From Clostridia bacterium (lineage in GTDB: Bacteria > Bacillota > Clostridia > JAQVDB01): a stretch of 57,621 nucleotides of DNA. Below the pieces are notes generated by a model. That model did not search any database and was not told the origin of the DNA. It saw nothing but the letters and a program-made list of their open reading frames with translations. How positions within the stretch are numbered: position 1 is the first letter of the stretch; the number at the start of each line of letters is the position of its first letter. The stretch spans positions 1 to 57,621 of the forward strand of contig JAQVDB010000002.1 of the NCBI GenBank assembly GCA_028698525.1, written 5' to 3'. This document shows positions 10,839 to 19,115 of the stretch, piece after piece. Both the position numbers and the translations under genes were made by a program.

Positions 10839-11762
10839 TTATATTTTACAAGAAGTAGCCTCAAATATATATCTGCCTATCAAAAATACGCTAAAAACAC
10901 CTAATGAAATAATTATGCCTGCAAGTATCCTATATGTATTCCAAATATTATCTAAATCCACAGTAAATTTATTTATACAGGTTACAAGAAGTATGCCACC
11001 TATTATGCTGATAATGGCTAACACAATAGTATACTTGAATGTAAAGCCTTTGCTGGCCTGTCCACCCCTTATAGTCCACATATCATCCCCTATGCAGTCC
11101 TGGGCAAAAAAACCAGTAGATAATTGATCCACTATACTTTTATCTACATCAAATCTTTTATAGCCTGAAGATGTAACAAGCTCTTCTATCAAAGAAAAAA
11201 ATTCATATCCATCCACAGAAGCTTGTGTTACATAATCATCAAACCACCTAAGTCCATCCTTATTGCTATACCCGTTCTTGATTAAATCCTTTTTGAGCAT
11301 CTTGTTAAAATCCGCATCTTCACTGTTCACTGCGTTCACTGCCCCGCACAAAATCGAAACGTAAAACAATCTTTCGAGAAAATCTGTTCTCTCTTCCACA
11401 GACAAAGACTCTGTAATAGCAGCTATTATTTTCTGCCTCATAATATTTATGCAAAAATTGTCATCCCTCAACATCTGTACGTATTTAGGTTTCAAACCCC
11501 TTAATTTCCTCAATGACTGCTGTACATTGGCAAATGCAAACATATTGCCTACAATCAAAAGCCCGGTCAAAGCTGAAATACAAATAGATACAGCAATAAC
11601 CGATAAAGATAAAGAAAATTTGTCCGCTAAGGGCAATAAATAATACCACCACAACGCTAAAGCTATAACCAATAAAATAAAAACAAATACACAAAAGTTG
11701 ATTTTAACCCTGTTATTTTTTCGTATTATACCACTCCTTTTATCCAAAATACATCCCCCCAT
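10839..11762 (-). CDS. Hypothetical membrane protein (2 N-terminal and 2 C-terminal TM helices flanking a soluble domain of about 170 aa)
   Basis: 307-aa ORF with clear hydrophobic segments. I recognise no family signature. Confidence 0.5.
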   Translation of the reverse strand: MGGCILDKRSGIIRKNNRVKINFCVFVFILLVIALALWWYYLLPLADKFSLSLSVIAVSICISALTGLLIVGNMFAFANVQQSLRKLRGLKPKYVQMLRDDNFCINIMRQKIIAAITESLSVEERTDFLERLFYVSILCGAVNAVNSEDADFNKMLKKDLIKNGYSNKDGLRWFDDYVTQASVDGYEFFSLIEELVTSSGYKRFDVDKSIVDQLSTGFFAQDCIGDDMWTIRGGQASKGFTFKYTIVLAIISIIGGILLVTCINKFTVDLDNIWNTYRILAGIIISLGVFSVFLIGRYIFEATSCKI

Positions 11763-11770
11763 TTTATATT

Positions 11771-13438
11771 TTAAAACAAACCTATTATTGTTCCATCATC
11801 CAATATATCTATACTCTCAGCCGCAGGATGTTTAGGAAGTCCCGGCATTGTAAGCATGGTCCCGGCTAAAACAACTATAAATCCCGCACCGGCAGAAATC
11901 TTTATCTCTCTTACATTCATAGTCCAATCCTTTGGAGCACCTAACAAGCTGGGATCGTCTGATAGAGACATTTGGGTCTTGGCTATACACACCGGCAAAT
12001 TGCCGTAGCCCATTTTTCCCAAATTGTCCAATTCTCTTAAAGCCTTTCTGGAATAAGAAACACCTTGAGCCCCATAGATCTGTGTTGCAACCTTTTGTAT
12101 CTTATCTTGAATATCCAGATCTAAATCATATAACGGAACAAAATTATTTTCATCCTTTTCAATTGAGTCCATTATCTGCTCTGACAGTTCAATGCCCCCT
12201 AGCCCTCCTTTTGATACAACCTCCGATATAGCTACTCTGGCTCCAATACTTTCACAGAAATTTTTAATTGTTTCTATCTCGCAATCAGTATCCTGTGGAA
12301 ACTTATTTATTGCAACCACTACCGGCAAACGATATCTTTCTTTAATATTGAATACATGCTTCTCCAAGTTTGCAAGGCCCTTTTTAAGAGCATTCACATC
12401 CTCCAACTTTATATCCTTTAAAGAAACGCCTCCATGGTATTTAAGTGCTCTAATAGTTGCCACCAACACCACTGTGTCCGGAATCAGCTCTTTGTCTCTA
12501 CACACAATATCAAAAAATTTTTCGGCACCCAGATCTGATCCAAAACCGCCTTCAGTAACTACATAATCGGACAGCTGTAATGCCGTCTTGGTGGCAACTA
12601 CAGAATTGTTGCCATGGGCAATATTTGCAAATGGACCTCCATGTATAAAGACAGGCTGACCTTCTAATGTCTGTACCACATTAGGTTTTATAGCATCCTT
12701 CAACAATAATGCCATAGCACCCACTGCTTTTAAATCCCGGGCAAGCACCGGATCCCCTTCATATGTATAACCAACTATTATTTCTGATAATCTCTGCTTT
12801 AAATCCTTCATATCTTTAGCAAGACATAAAATCGCCATAATCTCCGATGCAACAGTTATATCAAAACCGGTTTCCCTAGGAATACCGTTAACCTTGCCCC
12901 CCAATCCCACTACTATGTTTCTAAGCTGCCTGTCGCTAATATCCATCACTCTTTTCCAAACCACTTTAACAGGGTCTAACCCCAGCCGGTTGCCCTTGAC
13001 GATATGGTTGTCCACCAATGCCGCCAATAGGTTATGAGCTGCCCCTATTGCATGGATATCCCCGGTAAAATGAAGATTTATATCTTCCATAGGAATAACC
13101 TGTGAATATCCACCTCCTGCCGCCCCCCCTTTTATGCCAAAAGTAGGCCCTAGGGAAGGCTCTCTTAAACACAGGGCAACATTTTTATCCAGTCTACCCA
13201 AAGCCTGGGTAATTCCTATGGCTGTACATGTTTTACCCTCTCCAGCCGGTGTAGGGGTAATGGCAGTCACATATATCAATTTTCCCCTTTTTGAACCCAA
13301 ATCTTCTTTATTTAAATTTATCTTGGCCTTATATTTCCCATATAACTCCAATGAATCCTCATCTATCTCCAACTTTTTGGCAATCTCGTTAATAGGTTTG
13401 ATTTCAGCTTTTTGCGCAATCTCAATGTCATTAAGCAA
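11771..13438 (-). CDS. fhs: Formate--tetrahydrofolate ligase
   Basis: 555 aa with [11 protein letters not shown] and [11 protein letters not shown] signatures. Confidence 0.95.
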   Translation of the reverse strand: MLNDIEIAQKAEIKPINEIAKKLEIDEDSLELYGKYKAKINLNKEDLGSKRGKLIYVTAITPTPAGEGKTCTAIGITQALGRLDKNVALCLREPSLGPTFGIKGGAAGGGYSQVIPMEDINLHFTGDIHAIGAAHNLLAALVDNHIVKGNRLGLDPVKVVWKRVMDISDRQLRNIVVGLGGKVNGIPRETGFDITVASEIMAILCLAKDMKDLKQRLSEIIVGYTYEGDPVLARDLKAVGAMALLLKDAIKPNVVQTLEGQPVFIHGGPFANIAHGNNSVVATKTALQLSDYVVTEGGFGSDLGAEKFFDIVCRDKELIPDTVVLVATIRALKYHGGVSLKDIKLEDVNALKKGLANLEKHVFNIKERYRLPVVVAINKFPQDTDCEIETIKNFCESIGARVAISEVVSKGGLGGIELSEQIMDSIEKDENNFVPLYDLDLDIQDKIQKVATQIYGAQGVSYSRKALRELDNLGKMGYGNLPVCIAKTQMSLSDDPSLLGAPKDWTMNVREIKISAGAGFIVVLAGTMLTMPGLPKHPAAESIDILDDGTIIGLF

Positions 13439-13486
13439 TAGCTATACATCCTCTCTCTTTTTTAATTAAATTTTAACATATTATGA

Positions 13487-15196
13487 TCACTTTTTTAACA
13501 AGTTTTTGATGGTGCTTAAATTTTGAGCATTCAAAACATCTTGGGTGCTCAACCAACCTTTCCTAGCAGTATTTATCCCGAAAATCATTAAATCAAACCC
13601 ATCTAAACTATGGGCATCTGGTTCAATAGAAAACTTTACACCTTTTTCCTTGGCAAACTTACAATATCTCCAATCTAAGTCCAACCTTCTGGGATTTGCA
13701 TTTATCTCTATTGCCACTTTGTTTTCTGCTGCAGCATTTATGATCTGTATAATATCCACCTGATACTCATCTCTTGCCAGCAAAAGTCTGCCTGTAGGAT
13801 GACCTAGCATCGTGGTATGCCTGTTCTCTATCGCCTTAATAATCCTTGCCGTCATCCCTTCCTTGTCCATATTAAAATTACTATGCACCGATGCAATTAC
13901 ATAATCAAATTGCTCCAAAATACTATCATCATAATCAAGGTTTCCATCGGGAAGTATATCACATTCAATCCCCTTCAATATCTTTATATCAGGGAAGCGA
14001 TGAGAAATATCATCTATCTCACCATGTTGTCTCTTTATATCTTCTAAACTCAATCCTCGGGCATAATAAGCTGATTTGCTGTGATCAGATATACCGATAT
14101 ATTGATAGCCCAAATCTACCGCCCTCTGCACTATATCCTTTATACTGCTTACTCCATCGCTATAATTGCTATGTACATGAAAACACCCTTTGATATCTTT
14201 GAGTTTAATAAGTTGAGGAAGCTTTCCACTCTCTGCAGCTTCCAACTCCCCCATGTTTTCTCTCAGCTCAGGTTCTATATAATCCAGTCCCAACCTTTGG
14301 AAAAATTCATGTTCATCTGCACATTCTATCAATTCTTTCTCCTTGAACAGGCCATACTCGTTAATCTTGATATCCATCTTCCTGGCTCTATGCCGCATAG
14401 CCGTATTATGTTCCTTGCTGCCAGTAAAATGATGTAGTGCATAAGGATATTGTGAATCATCTACAGCACGTATATCCACATTTATTCCGCATTCTAAAAT
14501 CACAGAGGATTTTGTATCCCCCTTGGAAGTCACTCTCTCTACTTGAGGAAGGCCTGTAAAGTAATCCATAACTTTCTCATTGTCATCACAAGATACAAGT
14601 ACATCTATATCCTTTACTATCTCCTTCTTCCTTCTTATGCTCCCTGCAAGGCTGCTCCTTTTTATATGCCGGCATTTATCCAATTCTTTTAGAATAGCAT
14701 CTGCCCAATGATATGCATCGCTATATAAAAATTTATCTTTATACTTGCTTATATCCTCTATTCCTTTGAGTATATTAGCCTGAGTCTTAACCCCAAAACC
14801 GGGCAATTCCACCAGCCTGTTCTCCATTATGGCATATTCCAGCTGCCCTATATTATGAACTCCGAGCTGGCTGTACAAAACAGCGACCTTTTTGGGCCCC
14901 AGCCCGGGAATTTTAAACAATTCAAAAATATCTTCAGGAAAGGATGACTTTAATTGTTCATAATAATCTAACTCCCCGGTAGTTACTAGTTCAGTTATCT
15001 TTTGGTATAACGCTTTTCCTATACCTTTTACATTAGCCAACTCCCCTGTGCGCACCATTTCCTCTAAATCGCCTTCTAGCGTCTCGATTATCCTGGCTCC
15101 GTTATAATATGCTCTGGACTTAAACACATTTTCTCCTTTGAGCTCTAACAATATTCCTATATCGTTGAGTATCCTGGAAATCTCTCTTCTATTCAT
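13487..15196 (-). CDS. polX: DNA polymerase/3'-5' exonuclease PolX (Pol beta-like domain plus C-terminal PHP domain)
   Basis: HhH and pol-beta nucleotidyltransferase region followed by a PHP domain (HVHSNYSDG). The likely start is ATG 15196, behind AGGAGG; the ORF track extends to 15220. Confidence 0.9.
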   Translation of the reverse strand: MNRREISRILNDIGILLELKGENVFKSRAYYNGARIIETLEGDLEEMVRTGELANVKGIGKALYQKITELVTTGELDYYEQLKSSFPEDIFELFKIPGLGPKKVAVLYSQLGVHNIGQLEYAIMENRLVELPGFGVKTQANILKGIEDISKYKDKFLYSDAYHWADAILKELDKCRHIKRSSLAGSIRRKKEIVKDIDVLVSCDDNEKVMDYFTGLPQVERVTSKGDTKSSVILECGINVDIRAVDDSQYPYALHHFTGSKEHNTAMRHRARKMDIKINEYGLFKEKELIECADEHEFFQRLGLDYIEPELRENMGELEAAESGKLPQLIKLKDIKGCFHVHSNYSDGVSSIKDIVQRAVDLGYQYIGISDHSKSAYYARGLSLEDIKRQHGEIDDISHRFPDIKILKGIECDILPDGNLDYDDSILEQFDYVIASVHSNFNMDKEGMTARIIKAIENRHTTMLGHPTGRLLLARDEYQVDIIQIINAAAENKVAIEINANPRRLDLDWRYCKFAKEKGVKFSIEPDAHSLDGFDLMIFGINTARKGWLSTQDVLNAQNLSTIKNLLKK

Positions 15197-15376
15197 AATG
15201 AGCACCTCCTTTAATCTCATATCTATGGTTATATTTAATTATATATTTTGTTTTTACCGGCTGTCTATAAATCAATATATCCTTTAAACTAATATTTTAT
15301 ATATAGAAATATCGCATATCAGTAACAACTACTTTCATAATAACATATTATACAATTAAATTAATTTTTATTTACC

Positions 15377-15398
15377 AAAATTAGCCTAGGCTAATTTT
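15377..15398. promoter_or_regulatory. Perfect 22-bp palindrome AAAATTAGCCTAGGCTAATTTT immediately upstream of the feoA RBS; candidate DtxR/MntR-family operator
   Basis: The palindrome was read directly. It ends 1 nt before the AGGAGG at 15400-15405 and 14 nt before the feoA start. A DtxR-family repressor gene lies just downstream of feoB. Confidence 0.5.
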
Positions 15399-15412
15399 TA
15401 GGAGGTATAATT

Positions 15413-15661
15413 TTGAACGATAATTTAATTCCTCTCCACAAACTTCCTATGGGGAAAATTGGAATGGTAAAAAAATTGGATTGTTGGGGCTCTCAAAGGC
15501 GCCGGTTGCTTGATCTAGGCATAATCAAAGATTCAAAAATCATGCCAGTGCTAAAAAGCCCCTCAGGTAACCCTATAGCATATGAAATAAGAAGGACAGT
15601 AATAGCTTTAAGGAATGAGCAATCCAAAAATATCTTAGTTCAAGTGATAGAGGAGGAATAA
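15413..15661 (+). CDS. feoA: Ferrous iron transport protein A
   Basis: 82-aa SH3-like FeoA, TTG start behind AGGAGG, directly upstream of feoB. Confidence 0.85.
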   Translation: MNDNLIPLHKLPMGKIGMVKKLDCWGSQRRRLLDLGIIKDSKIMPVLKSPSGNPIAYEIRRTVIALRNEQSKNILVQVIEEE

Positions 15662-15664
15662 AAA

Positions 15665-16453
15665 ATGGAATTGACCTATAAATCAATGGGTATAGAATTG
15701 TTTAAAGAAAATTATATAATAGCTCTCGCAGGCAACCCTAATACAGGAAAGAGCACTGTATTCAACTACTTAACAGGTCTTAGACAACACACCGGAAATT
15801 GGCCGGGTAAAACAGTAGTAAACGCCTATGGAAATTTCAATTATAAAAACCAATCTTTTTTGATGGTAGATCTTCCCGGTACCTATTCACTTTTGGCCAA
15901 TTCTGCAGAAGAGGAAGTAGCTAGAAACTTCCTATGCTTTGACAACCCTGACGCAACAGTAGTAGTCGCCGATGCAACCTGTTTAGAGAGAAACTTGAAT
16001 TTGGTACTTCAAATAACCGAAATAACAAAAAATGTAATCCTTTGCTTGAACCTTATGGATGAAGCACGTAGAAAAAAGATAGATATAGATATTGAAAAAC
16101 TTTCAACAAAATTAGGTGTTCCTGTAGTGCCCACCGCTGCAAGACAGGGGGAGGGAATGGAAAAGTTAGTGGATATAATATATAAAGTTGTAACAGGAAA
16201 AATTAAACCTAATCCAATAGAAATAAGGTATGAAACCCAAATAGAAAATCTGATAAGAAATCTTGAACCAAAGATAGAGGCTTTTTCAAATGGGGTTGTG
16301 AATAGTCGTTGGGTGGCCCTACGCATAATTGATGGGGATAAAAAAATTCTTGAATCTATTTATCAATACACAAGACCCAATAAATCAGACCACAGCGAGG
16401 AGGTAAAAATTGCAGATGAAAAATCAAAGGTTCATTCCATTAAATTTGGATGA
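15665..16453 (+). CDS. feoB: FeoB N-terminal part (G-domain plus helical domain) as a separate ORF
   Basis: GNPNTGKST P-loop, DLPGTYSL and NLMD motifs. The ORF stops after about 262 aa, where full-length FeoB continues into the membrane domain. Confidence 0.85.
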   Translation: MELTYKSMGIELFKENYIIALAGNPNTGKSTVFNYLTGLRQHTGNWPGKTVVNAYGNFNYKNQSFLMVDLPGTYSLLANSAEEEVARNFLCFDNPDATVVVADATCLERNLNLVLQITEITKNVILCLNLMDEARRKKIDIDIEKLSTKLGVPVVPTAARQGEGMEKLVDIIYKVVTGKIKPNPIEIRYETQIENLIRNLEPKIEAFSNGVVNSRWVALRIIDGDKKILESIYQYTRPNKSDHSEEVKIADEKSKVHSIKFG

Positions 16454-17795
16454 TTACGATATAAAGCCCTATTATAGAGATAGCATAGTCTCAAATATAT
16501 ATAAAAATGCAGAAAATATATGTAATGATGTGATAGAATACAATTCAAAAGACTATAATAATTTGGATAGAAAGCTGGATAGAATACTGACTTCCAGAAT
16601 TGCAGGCCTACCCATTATGCTGTTGTTGCTGGGAATTATCTTTTGGATAACAATAACCGGGGCTAACTATCCTTCTCAATTGCTGTCCGCTGCATTGTTT
16701 TGGGTAGAAGAAAGGCTTACCAATCTTTTCGTATCAATAAATGCTCCCATGTGGTTGCACGGAATGCTGGTTTTAGGTTGCTACAGAACCCTTGCTTGGG
16801 TTGTATCAGTTATGCTTCCTCCAATGGCAATATTCTTCCCTATCTTTACACTTCTCGAAGACTTAGGATACTTGCCCAGGGTGGCATTTAACCTAGATCG
16901 ATATTTTAACAAGGCATGTGCACATGGCAAACAGGCCCTTACCATGTGCATGGGTTTCGGATGCAACGCTGCAGGTGTTATATCCTGTAGAATAATTGAA
17001 TCCCCTAGGGAAAAACTTATAGCCATGATTACAAATAATTTAGTACCCTGTAACGGTCGTTTCCCAACACTTATAACCCTTTCTTCAATATTCATGGGAG
17101 GAAGTCTTGCTTTTGGCCTGAAAACAGGTATAGCTTCTATGGTGGTAGTGTCCATGGTATTATTGGGTATAGCGATCACATTGCTTTTATCATGGCTGCT
17201 TTCAAAAACTATATTAAAGGGTATACCATCTTCCTTTACATTAGAGCTTCCTCCATATAGAAAACCTCAAGTATTGAAGGTGATAGTAAGATCAATATTT
17301 GATAGAACATTGTTTGTGCTAGGAAGAGCTGTAGTGGTGGCTGCCCCTGCCGGTATAGTCATATGGCTGTTTTCTAATATTCATATAAATAATTCTAGCA
17401 TATTGAATATCTGCGCAAATTTCCTACATCCTTTCGCTCATCTTATAGGGATGGATGGATATATAATAATGGCTTTTATACTGGGACTTCCTGCAAATGA
17501 GATCGTAATACCCATATTGATTATGAGCTATATGTCTACAGGAGCTATGTTAGAACTAGATAGTCTATATGCACTAAAACAACTGCTGATGGATAACGGC
17601 TGGACCTGGCTTACTGCTTTAAATGTAATGCTTTTTTCTCTGCTACATTGGCCTTGTGCTACTACATTGTGGACTATAAAAAAGGAATCCGATAGCAACA
17701 AATGGACTATTACAACTTTTATTCTCACCACATTAATAGCTATAATTGTGTGTTTTATAGTCACCCAATTATCCAGGTTGTTTGGAATAGCATAA
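16410..17795 (+). CDS. feoB: FeoB C-terminal membrane (permease) part as a separate ORF
   Basis: Polytopic gate-motif region typical of FeoB. It is in a different frame from the G-domain ORF, overlaps it by 44 nt, and has its own GAGGAGG before the 16410/16416 starts. Confidence 0.85.
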   Translation: MQMKNQRFIPLNLDDYDIKPYYRDSIVSNIYKNAENICNDVIEYNSKDYNNLDRKLDRILTSRIAGLPIMLLLLGIIFWITITGANYPSQLLSAALFWVEERLTNLFVSINAPMWLHGMLVLGCYRTLAWVVSVMLPPMAIFFPIFTLLEDLGYLPRVAFNLDRYFNKACAHGKQALTMCMGFGCNAAGVISCRIIESPREKLIAMITNNLVPCNGRFPTLITLSSIFMGGSLAFGLKTGIASMVVVSMVLLGIAITLLLSWLLSKTILKGIPSSFTLELPPYRKPQVLKVIVRSIFDRTLFVLGRAVVVAAPAGIVIWLFSNIHINNSSILNICANFLHPFAHLIGMDGYIIMAFILGLPANEIVIPILIMSYMSTGAMLELDSLYALKQLLMDNGWTWLTALNVMLFSLLHWPCATTLWTIKKESDSNKWTITTFILTTLIAIIVCFIVTQLSRLFGIA

Positions 17796-17812
17796 CACCG
17801 TAAATTTATTAT

Positions 17813-18232
17813 TTACGGTGTTATTTTCTCTTGTATATAACAACTATATCTATCATAAGCCTCTTTGTCATGCTCCATAAATTCTATAAATTCCTGCATA
17901 GCTTTAATGGTATGTCTGCTAAGATAATGCTCCATTGCTTCTGCTTCTTGTTCTATATCACATCTGGAAAATATCGTCTGTAAAAACTTTTTTATCAGCA
18001 TATTGCGGTCTACCAGATACTTGCCTCTCTTTTTGCCCATTTCAGTTAATTTTAAAGGTCGATACGGTTTGTATGATACCATGTTGAGTTTTTTCAATTT
18101 CTTCAATGCTTTAACCACAGAAGGTTGGGATACATTTAAACATTCAGCAATATCACACACCCTTATCTCAGATTTCTCCACCTCCAGCCTATACATCTCT
18201 TCCAAGTAATCTTCAAGGCTAGGGGTTAACAT
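17813..18232 (-). CDS. DtxR/MntR-family metal-dependent transcriptional repressor
   Basis: Colinear with B. subtilis MntR (TPSLEDYLE...DIAE...PSV...MEHYLS). The likely start is ATG 18232, behind AGGAGG. Confidence 0.85.
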   Translation of the reverse strand: MLTPSLEDYLEEMYRLEVEKSEIRVCDIAECLNVSQPSVVKALKKLKKLNMVSYKPYRPLKLTEMGKKRGKYLVDRNMLIKKFLQTIFSRCDIEQEAEAMEHYLSRHTIKAMQEFIEFMEHDKEAYDRYSCYIQEKITP

Positions 18233-18262
18233 AAAAAACACCTCCTGATAACCTAACTAAAA

Positions 18263-18307
18263 AGACCTTTATTCCAACAACACGATGTATTATTGAAATA
18301 AAGGTCT
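18263..18307 (-). terminator. Rho-independent terminator-like hairpin about 20 nt upstream of the DtxR-family gene RBS
   Basis: 11-bp stem 18263-18273/18297-18307 followed on the minus strand by UUUU. Confidence 0.6.
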
Positions 18308-18479
18308 CATTCCAGGATGATACCTGCACTGAAGCGGGCTACAATAAGCCAGCATGTCGCAAACAGTGTCAAAAACTATTTTAATAAATAGCTTTTTTGA
18401 ATTACTCCCCTTTATTTAGCATTAGGTTTTAATATATCATATGAATGTACATGAATTATGTTACAGATTATATGCAAGA

Positions 18480-18940
18480 AGCCCGAATATTACATTCGGA
18501 CTCCTCTCTATAAATAAAACGAGCACGTAATGATCTACCTTGCACTACCATGGATCGCTTATTACTCAGCCATAACCTTCCGGCTATGACCGAGCAGGTC
18601 ACCACCCATGATAATGGGTTGTCCGACCATGCAAAGTACCTGCACAGCCATATACAACCTCACGGCTGTATATGACCAACAATATCGGATAAGCATTTAA
18701 TTATCCAATAATCTTCGGCACTTTACATGATCTTTGCTCGACTCTATACGATAGGTTGGAATCTTATTGCAATCAAGCCTCAAAAGGTCATCGACTACAA
18801 TAAAACTTTTCCCCACCGTATAGAATCTTCCCTCCGACTGCATACAAGCCTTTCAACCTGTATGCAATCTTTGGCCGACCTATATATACCCCATTTAGAG
18901 TATATATAAGTCTGGGCTCAACCATTACGTACCCGACATT
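18480..18940 (-). ncRNA. Large structured RNA of unassigned class, copy 1 (paralog of 25036-25490)
   Basis: About 97% identical to copy 2 outside one swapped domain. It has the same closing helix (18520-18532/18923-18935) and a CATAAT -10 at 18942-18947. It lacks a credible ORF. Differences from copy 2 are structure-neutral on the minus strand. Confidence 0.7.
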
Positions 18941-19115
18941 TATTATGATATCCATTTTTGCATTTTATATTCTAACAATTTCATCCGTATTACCCATTAT
19001 ATTTTTACTTTACAGATAAAAATGGAATTATATAAATACATCTGATTAACAAATGCTAAACATAGCATGCATTTGAAAGAAATAACAGTGATGTCATCTT
19101 TATCCTATATTGGCA

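Noticed and set aside
11932-13469. Plus-strand ORFs of 99-124 aa antisense to fhs
   Set aside because: The sense-strand fhs ORF is full length with strong family signatures. The antisense frames are low-complexity and lack start contexts.
16009-17179. Minus-strand ORFs (105 and 132 aa) antisense to feoB
   Set aside because: They lie opposite strongly supported FeoB domains and have no independent signals.
18727-18909. 60-aa plus-strand ORF inside RNA copy 1, and the related ORFs 25166-25501 (+), 25157-25396 (-) and 25008-25205 (-) inside copy 2
   Set aside because: The reading frames are not conserved between the two copies, because the swapped domain changes length by 5 nt. There are no RBSs. 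The substitution pattern preserves RNA pairing (G-U/A-U interconversions and a compensatory double change), not codons.
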